From positions 14,931-78,930 of the forward strand of contig JAFXTS010000020.1 of assembly GCA_017535665.1 (NCBI GenBank): a stretch of DNA of 64,000 nucleotides, in the 5' to 3' direction. Position numbers and translations under genes: made by a program. This DNA is from Bacteroidales bacterium (GTDB taxonomy: Bacteria > Bacteroidota > Bacteroidia > Bacteroidales > WCHB1-69). Positions 9,573-17,223 of the stretch are shown here, one piece after another (position 1 is the stretch's first letter; each line of letters opens with the position of its first letter). A model generated the notes under the pieces. The model saw only the letters and a list, made by a program, of their open reading frames with translations, ran no database searches and was not told the DNA's origin.

Positions 9573-10913
9573 TCACAAAAACATTGTCATCATTACAGGC
9601 AATAGTGTGGTGTTTCCATCTTTGTGGTAATCTTTGGTATAAACCAAATAGCGGTTATGTACCCGTTTGGAAAATTTCTTGCAAAAAGCATCCAATGAGG
9701 CGTGTGTCTTATATCCTGATGATTTTACTTCCAACGGCCATATCTTGCTCCCTCGTGAGAGCAGGAAGTCCACTTCATAATTGTGCTTTTCGTCTTCTGT
9801 CGGCCAGGTGTGGTAATACAACTTATTTCCTGTCGCTGTAAGTATCTGCGCCACTACATTCTCATATACATAACCCAAGTTGGCTGACAGTTTGTCGGAT
9901 AGTAACTTCTCGTATATCAGATTTTCCGTCACATCCTTGTCCCAGAATGCTAATGTCACGAACAAGCCTGTGTCTCCCACAAACATCTTGTACTGATTGG
10001 TGTTACTGTTTAGAGATAGTCCCACATTGGGGTCATTGGCGTGGTAGGAGACATTCACCACCATACTTTCCCTCATAGATTCCAGAACCTCGTCCAAATT
10101 CTTTCGTTCGCTGTCATTGAGAACGCTTCCCACCTGATAACGAGAAGAATTTTTATTCAACTCCGACGGAATAGCCTTGAAAAGCCGTGATGCCCGACCG
10201 CTCGGGTCTATTTTTAGAAAATCATCCAAGTACAACTCAATGATTTCACGTTTCACCGCATCTACTTTGCTTAAGTTGTTCGTTCCCAAATACTCACTTA
10301 CGGCCTGTGGCATCCCACCTACCAGCATATAGAGCCGGAAATCGCGCATGCTTTTTCGGAAGGCCTGTCCCAAAGGCAGTTGCTTGTCATAGAATTGGCG
10401 TAGAAGCGGTACCGTGGCTGTATCTTCTAGTGCCCAACGGAACTCCTCGTAGTCCATCGGGAACATCTCCAATCGTGTCTCCTCGCTGGGTATGAGGATG
10501 TGCTCCGTGTTCTTCCGGATGGAAATCAGCGAACCTGTCTCAATATAGTCATAACGTCCGTCTTTCACCAGCTTTTTGATGGCCTGGCGTGCTTGTGGAC
10601 ATTTTTGAACCTCGTCAAAAATAACCACCGACTGGCGGGTTTCCAGTACAACATGATAGATAGTCTGCAAGCGGAGGAAGATGTAGTCCAAGTCCATCAA
10701 GTCCGAAAACAGTGATTTCACTTCCTCTGACGTTTCTGAAAAGTCGATGAGCAGATAGGATTTGTACTCTTTTCGGGCAAATTCTTCCACGATGGTGGAT
10801 TTTCCCACACGCCTCGCACCCTTCAACAGAAGCGCGGTTCTGCCATTTCGTTCCTGCTTCCATTGCAACATCTTACTGTAAATCTTACGTTTAAATACAA
10901 TTTTTTTAGCCAT
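9573..10913 (-). CDS. AAA family ATPase with C-terminal DUF4143 / PD-(D/E)xK-like domain
   Basis: Walker A GARRVGKS, Walker B IFDEVQ, GGMP, D.GL, C-terminal EVDFL...LEVKS. Confidence 0.9.
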   Translation of the reverse strand: MAKKIVFKRKIYSKMLQWKQERNGRTALLLKGARRVGKSTIVEEFARKEYKSYLLIDFSETSEEVKSLFSDLMDLDYIFLRLQTIYHVVLETRQSVVIFDEVQKCPQARQAIKKLVKDGRYDYIETGSLISIRKNTEHILIPSEETRLEMFPMDYEEFRWALEDTATVPLLRQFYDKQLPLGQAFRKSMRDFRLYMLVGGMPQAVSEYLGTNNLSKVDAVKREIIELYLDDFLKIDPSGRASRLFKAIPSELNKNSSRYQVGSVLNDSERKNLDEVLESMRESMVVNVSYHANDPNVGLSLNSNTNQYKMFVGDTGLFVTLAFWDKDVTENLIYEKLLSDKLSANLGYVYENVVAQILTATGNKLYYHTWPTEDEKHNYEVDFLLSRGSKIWPLEVKSSGYKTHASLDAFCKKFSKRVHNRYLVYTKDYHKDGNTTLLPVMMTMFL

Positions 10914-10948
10914 CGTCTATAGATTTTTCAGCGGCAAAAATACGTAAA

Positions 10949-11034
10949 ATTCCAAATCCTCACAATTTATTTCTTGAAAAAATTCCAAATCCTCATAATT
11001 TTTTTGTCGGAAATATTCCAAATCCTCATAATTT
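10949..11034. repeat. Three 20-bp direct repeats ATTCCAAATCCTCA(C/T)AATTT with 33-bp period
   Basis: Copies start at 10949, 10982 and 11015 with 13-bp unrelated spacers, directly upstream of the -7 box (10935-10942, minus) of the ATPase gene. Confidence 0.92.
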
Positions 11035-11093
11035 TTGGGGGGCAACAGCGCAGAAAAGTTTGCGGAAGTTAGCGGGTTCTGTGGGAGAACAAG

Positions 11094-11387
11094 TTATCCG
11101 AAATACTCTATCAGACCCATGACTGTGGGTGGGATGAAGAAGAACTGGAAGGCGTATTGTAGGGCAGTGACCACACGGTTGCCTGCCAATTCGGTGGCGC
11201 TTTTCACCCAAAACCAGCGTGGAGGCACTGTCTCTCCCCAGCCGAAAATGCCGATAAGCAGTCCAATAAAGGCACTCACACCACCAAGGATGAGTGATAA
11301 TGTGTCGCCGCATTCCACAAGGTAGAAGCCACCGACAAACAGACAAAGTGGCGACAGCCATTGCCAAATCCAAAGAAATATTGCCAT
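11094..11387 (-). CDS. Small hypothetical membrane protein (about 3 TM)
   Basis: 97 aa, hydrophobic segments, starts 1 bp after the channel gene stop. Confidence 0.6.
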   Translation of the reverse strand: MAIFLWIWQWLSPLCLFVGGFYLVECGDTLSLILGGVSAFIGLLIGIFGWGETVPPRWFWVKSATELAGNRVVTALQYAFQFFFIPPTVMGLIEYFG

Positions 11388-11388
11388 A

Positions 11389-12171
11389 TTAATTTTGTTT
11401 TTCAGATATCTTCTTCAGTTCGTCAATCTTCTTTTCCAACTCATCCAGCTTCTTCATCACATCGTCGTTGTTGTCGCTCACCATGGCATCCACGAAGATG
11501 GAGTTGATGAACGACATGCCGATGATGCCGCCGAGGATAAGGAGGAACACGAAGTAGAGCCGTACGAAACCGCCGATGACGGGTGTGGTGCCCGCTGCGA
11601 TGGTGTCGGGAATGTCGTACCAGCCCTCCACGGTGCAGATACGGAACACGGAGTAGATGGATTCGAGCGGGGTGGAGAAATACTGTGGGGCGATATCTTT
11701 GAAAAGGCTGCAGTTGAGGAGCCCGAAAATGACGATGATGACAAAGAAGCAGAGGAGGATCGCGTACGACTCGCGCATGGCCATTTTAAAGGCCTTCACA
11801 ATCTGCGTGAAATTGGGGAAGAAGTGCAGCACGCGGAAAAATCGAAGCACTCTCAACATTCTGAAAATCAGCAGTATCGACAAATCCATCATGCCCGTAG
11901 GCAGGAAGACCTCCACCAACGACGGCAGCGACACGATGACCAAGATGCCGTCAAGCCGGTTCCAGCCGGAGCGCCAGTACTCCTTCGCCCCCAGCTTGAT
12001 GTGCTTGACAATCATCTCGATAAGGAAAATCAAGGTGCAGGCGATGTCCAGCCCCGTCAGTAGCGGTGTGCTTATACCGCTAATTTGCAGGTAGATGACC
12101 ACCGCATTGAGCAGAATGACGGCCAGGATGATTTTTTCGTTGAGGAAGATTTTTTCTATAATGTTTTTCAT
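11389..12171 (-). CDS. Voltage-gated cation channel (BacNav/Cav-like ion transporter)
   Basis: Six TM segments, S4 FRMLRVLRFFRVL, WN.LD in S3, filter TVEGWYD, C-terminal coiled coil. Confidence 0.9.
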   Translation of the reverse strand: MKNIIEKIFLNEKIILAVILLNAVVIYLQISGISTPLLTGLDIACTLIFLIEMIVKHIKLGAKEYWRSGWNRLDGILVIVSLPSLVEVFLPTGMMDLSILLIFRMLRVLRFFRVLHFFPNFTQIVKAFKMAMRESYAILLCFFVIIVIFGLLNCSLFKDIAPQYFSTPLESIYSVFRICTVEGWYDIPDTIAAGTTPVIGGFVRLYFVFLLILGGIIGMSFINSIFVDAMVSDNNDDVMKKLDELEKKIDELKKISEKQN

Positions 12172-12249
12172 AAAAAGGGATGGATATGTGTTTTTGAATC
12201 GATAAGATTTTGCGAACTCAAAATACGATTTATTGGTATTTTCAGTTTA

Positions 12250-12278
12250 CAAAGATACGTAAATTTCCAAATCCTCAT
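12250..12278 (-). promoter_or_regulatory. -7 promoter plus fourth copy of the ATPase upstream repeat
   Basis: CAAAGATACGTAAATTTCCAAATCCTCA matches 10935-10962 at 26 of 28 positions and includes TATCTTTG on the minus strand. Confidence 0.75.
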
Positions 12279-12329
12279 GTTTTATTTTTTTTGCCTACTT
12301 TCTTCAGGTCTTTCGGCTGGCTCCATTGT

Positions 12330-12429
12330 TGCGTGTCTCCAACACGCATGTGATGCCGTGAGTTCTCCATTCCCCACACTCTGCACTTCGTTGGAGTGGG
12401 GTTACTGGAATTTCGTGCCCTTGGCACGA
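12330..12429. repeat. REP-like three-hairpin element, diverged relative of the 24.5-29.1 kb repeats
   Basis: TGCGTGT/ACACGCA, CCCCAC/GTGGGG followed by TTACT, and TCGTGCC/GGCACGA. Confidence 0.65.
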
Positions 12430-12451
12430 GGAAGAATTTTTTCAGTTTCTT

Positions 12452-12712
12452 TTACTTCTTTTTGGCGCGTTCCCGCTCGCGGGCGAGGTTGGCTTTGGCA
12501 CTCTCAATCTCTCGTTTCAGGCTTTCGATACGGCGGTCGTGACTGGCTGCGTGGTCAATCTTCGACTTTCGGTAGCTGGCCTTGCTACTCGGTGTGGAGG
12601 CCCTCTTCACGAGGTCGGCATAATGGGCGTTGTCTTTTTTCTTGGCTTCGCGCTCTTTGGTCATCTGCGCCCGTAAATCAATCAGGCGTTTGCGGTAATA
12701 TTCTACGCTCAT
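12452..12712 (-). CDS. Small basic coiled-coil hypothetical protein
   Basis: 86 aa, Lys/Arg rich, AT-rich translation start region. Confidence 0.7.
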   Translation of the reverse strand: MSVEYYRKRLIDLRAQMTKEREAKKKDNAHYADLVKRASTPSSKASYRKSKIDHAASHDRRIESLKREIESAKANLARERERAKKK

Positions 12713-12731
12713 AATTTTCTAATAATGGAAT

Positions 12732-12773
12732 AATAAAAAGACGGTGATGATTGCTTTCACTATCACCACCGCC
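12732..12773 (-). terminator. Rho-independent terminator closing the 16722-12790 operon
   Basis: Minus strand GGCGGTGGTGAT...ATCATCACCGTC followed by TTTTTATT. Confidence 0.8.
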
Positions 12774-12789
12774 ATTGATTCATAATCTT

Positions 12790-13101
12790 TTACTTTCCAG
12801 CGGCCACGAGGGTGATGCTGTTGTCGGCCAGCTTGCTGTTGTCTTTGTTGGCCACTTGCACGCCGATGCCGTACATGTCTTTAATTTTGTCTTCGAAGTT
12901 GCCCACGCGGAGGTTGCCGCCCACGGTGAGTTCACCGCCCTTTGCGCCTTCAGCACGGATGCTGGCCAGGGTGGCGTTGTCGTCTGCAAACTGCTTGCAA
13001 GCTGGAGTGGTGTAAACGCGCAGGGTAGCGCCGAAACATTTGTTGAAATTGTCTTTCAGACTTTTGACCTTCATGCGGCCGTCTAATTTGAATTCTGCCA
13101 T
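12790..13101 (-). CDS. Hypothetical protein, two ~50-aa repeats (paralog C; ubiquitin-like pattern)
   Basis: AEFKLDGRMKVKSLKDNFNKCFGATLRVY..ADDNATL and GELTVGGNLRVGNFEDKIKDMYGIGVQV..ADNSITL. Confidence 0.8.
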   Translation of the reverse strand: MAEFKLDGRMKVKSLKDNFNKCFGATLRVYTTPACKQFADDNATLASIRAEGAKGGELTVGGNLRVGNFEDKIKDMYGIGVQVANKDNSKLADNSITLVAAGK

Positions 13102-13132
13102 GACTTGTTGGTTTTAAAAGGTTAATGAATAA

Positions 13133-13402
13133 TTATTTGAAAAGTTTCTTGATTCTGTTTTTCAGACTCTTCTGAGCTTTGCGGGCTTTGGCCATGCGCG
13201 CTGCGGCTTCTTTTCCCTCTTTAGTTCGCTGGTCAAGTCGTCCGTCGGCGCGGCGTTTGGCCGTAGTGGTGCTTTTCTTCACTACAGGCTTCTTGGCGGC
13301 CTTTTTTTGTGCCTCACGTGCTTTTTTGGCACGCTCTACCAACTCTTTGTATTCTTTGGTGCGTTTATCTACTTTGCCGGATGCTGTTTTTTGTAATGCC
13401 AT
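13133..13402 (-). CDS. Lysine-rich small protein with duplicated G(K/R)xDxRTKE motif
   Basis: SGKVDKRTKEYKE and DGRLDQRTKEGKE; ATG at 13402. Confidence 0.75.
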   Translation of the reverse strand: MALQKTASGKVDKRTKEYKELVERAKKAREAQKKAAKKPVVKKSTTTAKRRADGRLDQRTKEGKEAAARMAKARKAQKSLKNRIKKLFK

Positions 13403-13421
13403 GATATGTATTATTTTACTG

Positions 13422-13826
13422 TTATTGCTCAATAATTAAATCTTCTTCTTCCTCCACAAATTCATCGAGGAGGGCGCTGGCGGCCTCTTCTTCCACGCCG
13501 AGGATGTCGGCAAAGGCAAAGAAGTTGTCCACCTCATCTTGTGCGAGGAAAGCGTCGGCGCACATCATTTGCAGACAAAGGGAGAGGATGCCCTCTTTTT
13601 CTCCGGCATCTACCTTTTTGGCGGCGCCTTCCAGAAGGTTGGCGAGCTCATCTTCGTTCATCTTTTCAGTGGCCTTAATCTCTTTCTCGAGGTTTTCGGC
13701 AAGTTTGGGCAGTTCCATCTCTTCGGCCAAATCGCCCACAAATTCTTTCTCAAACTCATCGTATTCACCATCGGCCCAAACGGCGGCGGCTAAAAATGAG
13801 GATAAGGTTTTAATGTCAGTTTTCAT
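13422..13826 (-). CDS. TerB-like (tellurite resistance family) protein
   Basis: Duplicated TerB motif AVWADGEYDEFEKE and MMCADAFLAQDE..F...ADILG; very acidic. Confidence 0.75.
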   Translation of the reverse strand: MKTDIKTLSSFLAAAVWADGEYDEFEKEFVGDLAEEMELPKLAENLEKEIKATEKMNEDELANLLEGAAKKVDAGEKEGILSLCLQMMCADAFLAQDEVDNFFAFADILGVEEEAASALLDEFVEEEEDLIIEQ

Positions 13827-13845
13827 GTTTTTAAGTATTTGGTGA

Positions 13846-14772
13846 TTATTTAATGATTTCAAACTCGGTGCGTCGGTTCTCGGGTGCCATCGGGTCGGCG
13901 GTGTTCTTCAGCTTGCTGCTGCCGAAGCCTGTGGCTACCAGACGACTGGCATCAACGCCTTCGTTATTGACGAGGAATTCAACGGCGGCCTGTGCGCGCT
14001 GCTCGCTCAGCTTCTGGTTGAAGTCGGCATCGCCTTCGGCACTGGTGTGTCCTTCAATACGGAGCTTGATTTCAGGGTGTTTCTCCATCACCTTAGCGAG
14101 GTCGTGCAGCACGAATTTGGCGGCCTCGGGCAGGTCGGCCTTGCCGGCTTCGAACTCTGCGGCATTGAAGTTCTCCTCAATCTTTTCGATTTCCTGCACA
14201 TATACGGTATCGTGCTGAATAATAGTGGTCACTACCTCTTTGGTCTGCACTTCAGGTGACTTGTTACAGCTGCGTGCGAGCAGAATAGCGAGCACTGCGA
14301 TAGCGACGATGGCGCAGAGCAGGATCCACAGCCATGCCTTTGATTTCTTGGGCTTTTCGGGCGCGGGCGGCACATAGCCGTTGAGGTATTCGAGTCGGAA
14401 GGAGCCTTTCTTGCCGACCCCTTTTTCTGCTTCCTCGAACTTTGCAACCTCGATGCCATACTGGGCAGCGTGGCTTACAAGGCGTTCGAAGCTGGGTTTG
14501 GTCCACATGCTTACCACTGCCACCTTGGTGCCGTCGCCCATCGTGAGCAGCTCGTCTTCCTTCTGGAAGAAGCCGTTCCAGTTGGCGTCGGTGCCCTTTT
14601 CGCCGGCCTTCACGAAGTTGATTTTCACTCCGCTGTCGGGGTTCAGCTCATTGGGGAATGCCTTTTGAAGGTCTTCCATCGTGGCCTGGGGATACATCAC
14701 CATATAGGCGTGCATGATGCCCAGTGCCGTGCGGTTTTGCGCCTTGCCATAGACGCGTACTTTGTTTACCAT
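13846..14772 (-). CDS. Bitopic membrane protein: cytoplasmic unknown domain, TM, OmpA-like peptidoglycan-binding domain
   Basis: TM AWLWILLCAIVAIAVLAILLA; OmpA motifs F...KADL, IEGHTS..G...N.KLS..RA, ENRRTEF. Confidence 0.88.
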   Translation of the reverse strand: MVNKVRVYGKAQNRTALGIMHAYMVMYPQATMEDLQKAFPNELNPDSGVKINFVKAGEKGTDANWNGFFQKEDELLTMGDGTKVAVVSMWTKPSFERLVSHAAQYGIEVAKFEEAEKGVGKKGSFRLEYLNGYVPPAPEKPKKSKAWLWILLCAIVAIAVLAILLARSCNKSPEVQTKEVVTTIIQHDTVYVQEIEKIEENFNAAEFEAGKADLPEAAKFVLHDLAKVMEKHPEIKLRIEGHTSAEGDADFNQKLSEQRAQAAVEFLVNNEGVDASRLVATGFGSSKLKNTADPMAPENRRTEFEIIK

Positions 14773-14813
14773 GATTATCTAATTTACAATTAACAATGTA
14801 CAATTGGAGGTGA

Positions 14814-15161
14814 TTATTTTGCGTATTTGGCTTTGAGGGCTTCCATGTCAGCCTTTTTGGCATTCTTGGGGATTTCGGGCAGTTTGGCGAGGGTCATCTC
14901 GTCGAGGGCAAGCACCCAGTCGTCGGCAGAGGCCACTTGGACTTTCAGGCCGAAGTTGGTCATCATGTCTTTTTCGAAGCCGCCGACGGTCTTGCTGCCG
15001 CGGCACTCGTAGCTGCCAGTCTTGGTGGCGATTTCGCTCACTTTTTCGCTGCCGGTGAGGCGTTTTTGTCCTTGGTACACGCGGAGGGTGCCGCCGAATT
15101 CTTCTTTGAAGCGCTCGCAGAGCGTTGACACCAACAGGCGTCCGTCAACTTTAATTTCCAT
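14814..15161 (-). CDS. Hypothetical protein, two ~50-aa repeats (paralog B)
   Basis: EIKVDGRLLVSTLCERFKEEFGGTLRVY and SYECRGSKTVGGFEKDMMTNFGLKVQV..DEMTL; aligns with 12790 and 16357. Confidence 0.8.
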   Translation of the reverse strand: MEIKVDGRLLVSTLCERFKEEFGGTLRVYQGQKRLTGSEKVSEIATKTGSYECRGSKTVGGFEKDMMTNFGLKVQVASADDWVLALDEMTLAKLPEIPKNAKKADMEALKAKYAK

Positions 15162-15215
15162 AGTGATTGTTTTTTTGATTATTAAATTAATGATCTGATT
15201 GATAATATTTTATGC

Positions 15216-15596
15216 TTACTTTTCAAGGAAGTCTACGAGTTTGCTGCCGAACTGTTGGGTGTTCCATTTCGGATCGACTTCGAACCCCACCTTTTCAGAA
15301 ATTTCGCGCAGGGCCGCTTTGGTGTTGTCGTAGGTTCGGTAAATCTCAATGCTGCCGCTGTCTTGTACGCGGATATGGTAGCCTCCTACCGTGGCTTGTT
15401 TGCCGTCGCCGAACTCCTTGCAGATCTTGCTCCCGAACTGACGGGTATTCCAGTTGGCATCGAACGGAAAGTTCTTCTCTTCGGCCACCTCGCGAAGGGC
15501 GCCTTTTGCGTTGTCGTAAATGCGGTAAACCACAATGCTCCCGCTCTCTTCCCGTTGGATGATGTATTCACCCGATATTGCTGATTTTGCTGCCAT
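15216..15596 (-). CDS. Hypothetical protein made of two ~60-aa repeats
   Basis: Y.I....SGSI..YR.YDN.K.ALRE..E...F..D..WNT.QFGSK occurs twice. Confidence 0.8.
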   Translation of the reverse strand: MAAKSAISGEYIIQREESGSIVVYRIYDNAKGALREVAEEKNFPFDANWNTRQFGSKICKEFGDGKQATVGGYHIRVQDSGSIEIYRTYDNTKAALREISEKVGFEVDPKWNTQQFGSKLVDFLEK

Positions 15597-15633
15597 AGTT
15601 TTTTGTTGGTATTGAAATTTTGAATTGTATGTT

Positions 15634-16305
15634 TTAAATCTCTACTATGCAATAATGGAAATCCACGCCCTCGTAGGCATTGTGGTTCCATTTAATTGTG
15701 TATTCTTTTTCGAGGTTGAAGTCAGGGTGAGTCTTAGCACAGGTGGTTCCAGGCTGTTGCCAATGTCTGGTCGTACCGTGGAGTCCTTCTTCCATGCTAA
15801 ACAAATAGTTGTTTGAGGTCTTGCGGGTGGCATTAAGATACTGACTGTCGTTGGTGACGAATACGGCTAATCCGCTTTTCACAGCGGCAAAACGATTGCG
15901 CACTAGTTCTACTCTGCGCACATCTTTCCAGAAGTCGTACATGCCAAGATCTTGTGCCCCTTGGTTCTTTAAAACATCAATTTGGCGTTCTAAATGCTCT
16001 TTGAAACGCGTGAGTTGTTGGCTGTGTTTTTTTGTCTTGTACTTCAGTTCCACAGGTAAAAATTCATCACCCTTGCACAGAAGAATATCCAGCTTTAGTT
16101 CGTTTTTCCAAATGTAGTTGTCAAGCTCTTCGAAGGGGACATAATATTCCACATCTACATCATCGTAATGCCCGGTGCTGATAAGGTGCAGTGCGAGGTG
16201 CATCTGCAAGTCGCGCTCGTTGAACAGCAGTTCCCCGTTTTTGCAGTCGAGATATTGCTGTATATCAGCTTTAGCTTGTTCTACAAGTGTCATAGCTGTT
16301 TTCAT
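15634..16305 (-). CDS. Putative PD-(D/E)xK nuclease-fold protein
   Basis: FNERDLQ..L, VEY, LDILL.K....PVELKYKT. More AT-rich than its neighbours. Start 16305 or 16293. Confidence 0.65.
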   Translation of the reverse strand: MKTAMTLVEQAKADIQQYLDCKNGELLFNERDLQMHLALHLISTGHYDDVDVEYYVPFEELDNYIWKNELKLDILLCKGDEFLPVELKYKTKKHSQQLTRFKEHLERQIDVLKNQGAQDLGMYDFWKDVRRVELVRNRFAAVKSGLAVFVTNDSQYLNATRKTSNNYLFSMEEGLHGTTRHWQQPGTTCAKTHPDFNLEKEYTIKWNHNAYEGVDFHYCIVEI

Positions 16306-16356
16306 TTCTTCCCAGTCTAGTTTTCGACTTTTAACTTTCAATTCTCAACTTTTAAC

Positions 16357-16722
16357 TTACTTGTATTCTCCTCTTGCAGCTTGTCCGATGGTGATGCCAT
16401 TTGGTACGCACACCTTGCCGGCCTTGTCCTTGATCTGCACGGTGACGCCGAAGTTCTGGTCGAACAATTTCTCAGCCTCACCCACCTTGGTGCTGCCCTT
16501 GATCTTCAGGCTGTCGGCATTGGTGTTCACCTCCTTGGTAGTCTTTTTGTTTAAGGCGGCGAGGGTCATCTCCGGGTCGGCCAGCACAGCGCCCTTGTAA
16601 AACGCCAGTGTCAAATCGAATGTCTTCTTGAAGTCGGCAGAAATGGTCTTGAGCTTCTTGTTCGGAGCCACGGTGAATTCTGCTTTGTTGAAATGGTCCT
16701 TGATGTTGTTGAGTAATCCCAT
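16357..16722 (-). CDS. Hypothetical protein, two ~50-aa repeats (paralog A)
   Basis: AEFTVAPNKKLKTISADFKKTFDLTLAFY..ADPEMTL and SLKIKGSTKVGEAEKLFDQNFGVTVQI..PNGITI. Confidence 0.8.
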   Translation of the reverse strand: MGLLNNIKDHFNKAEFTVAPNKKLKTISADFKKTFDLTLAFYKGAVLADPEMTLAALNKKTTKEVNTNADSLKIKGSTKVGEAEKLFDQNFGVTVQIKDKAGKVCVPNGITIGQAARGEYK

Positions 16723-16933
16723 AATATTTTGTTCTATAGTTATTTATTAATCATTTATTAGTTTTATTTAAAATTGAAAACATCAACTTGCAAATATCTG
16801 AATTATTTAGCCTCTAACCGTTATTTGATGCATTGGGTTGCTATGCAAATTGCCCATAGTTACTTTGCATCTAAAAACATATATGATGAGGGAGAAATAG
16901 AACGAGTGTCAACTTCCGAGGGAATCTCGGTAG

Positions 16934-17179
16934 TTATTGATGCTCTCCATTGTACCACCCGCTCAAATCGGCGAAGAAATCGTGCTCAAGGATTTGCGAG
17001 AGCTTCATCAGGGAGCTGGTGTCAATCCACGAACGCGAGAAGATGAGATAGACGTTGTTGCGGTGGCAGCTCAGCTGCTGTGCGAGCCACGGCACCTTGA
17101 CGCCCTTTTGCGCCACCACCTCCTTGATGTGCCTGCCGATATGAAAACCGGTGTCCTGAACTTTATTGTGCGAATGCAT
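16934..17179 (-). CDS. XRE-family helix-turn-helix protein
   Basis: HIG..IK.....G..V.WLA.QL.C.R.NVY.IF.R..IDT..L..LS.IL.HDFF, a common Bacteroidales XRE pattern. Confidence 0.85.
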   Translation of the reverse strand: MHSHNKVQDTGFHIGRHIKEVVAQKGVKVPWLAQQLSCHRNNVYLIFSRSWIDTSSLMKLSQILEHDFFADLSGWYNGEHQ

Positions 17180-17223
17180 GATTGTCAAGTGGTTGTGAGC
17201 TTCCCCCATTTTCTACAGACCAC

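Noticed and set aside
10949-11034. Mini-CRISPR interpretation of the 20-bp repeats
   Set aside because: Spacers are only 13 bp, the repeats are non-palindromic and overlap a promoter, and no cas genes are present in the window.
12790-16722. Known bacterial ubiquitin conjugation system (Bil/Bub/CBASS type)
   Set aside because: No E1, E2 or JAB genes and no C-terminal Gly-Gly on the small proteins.
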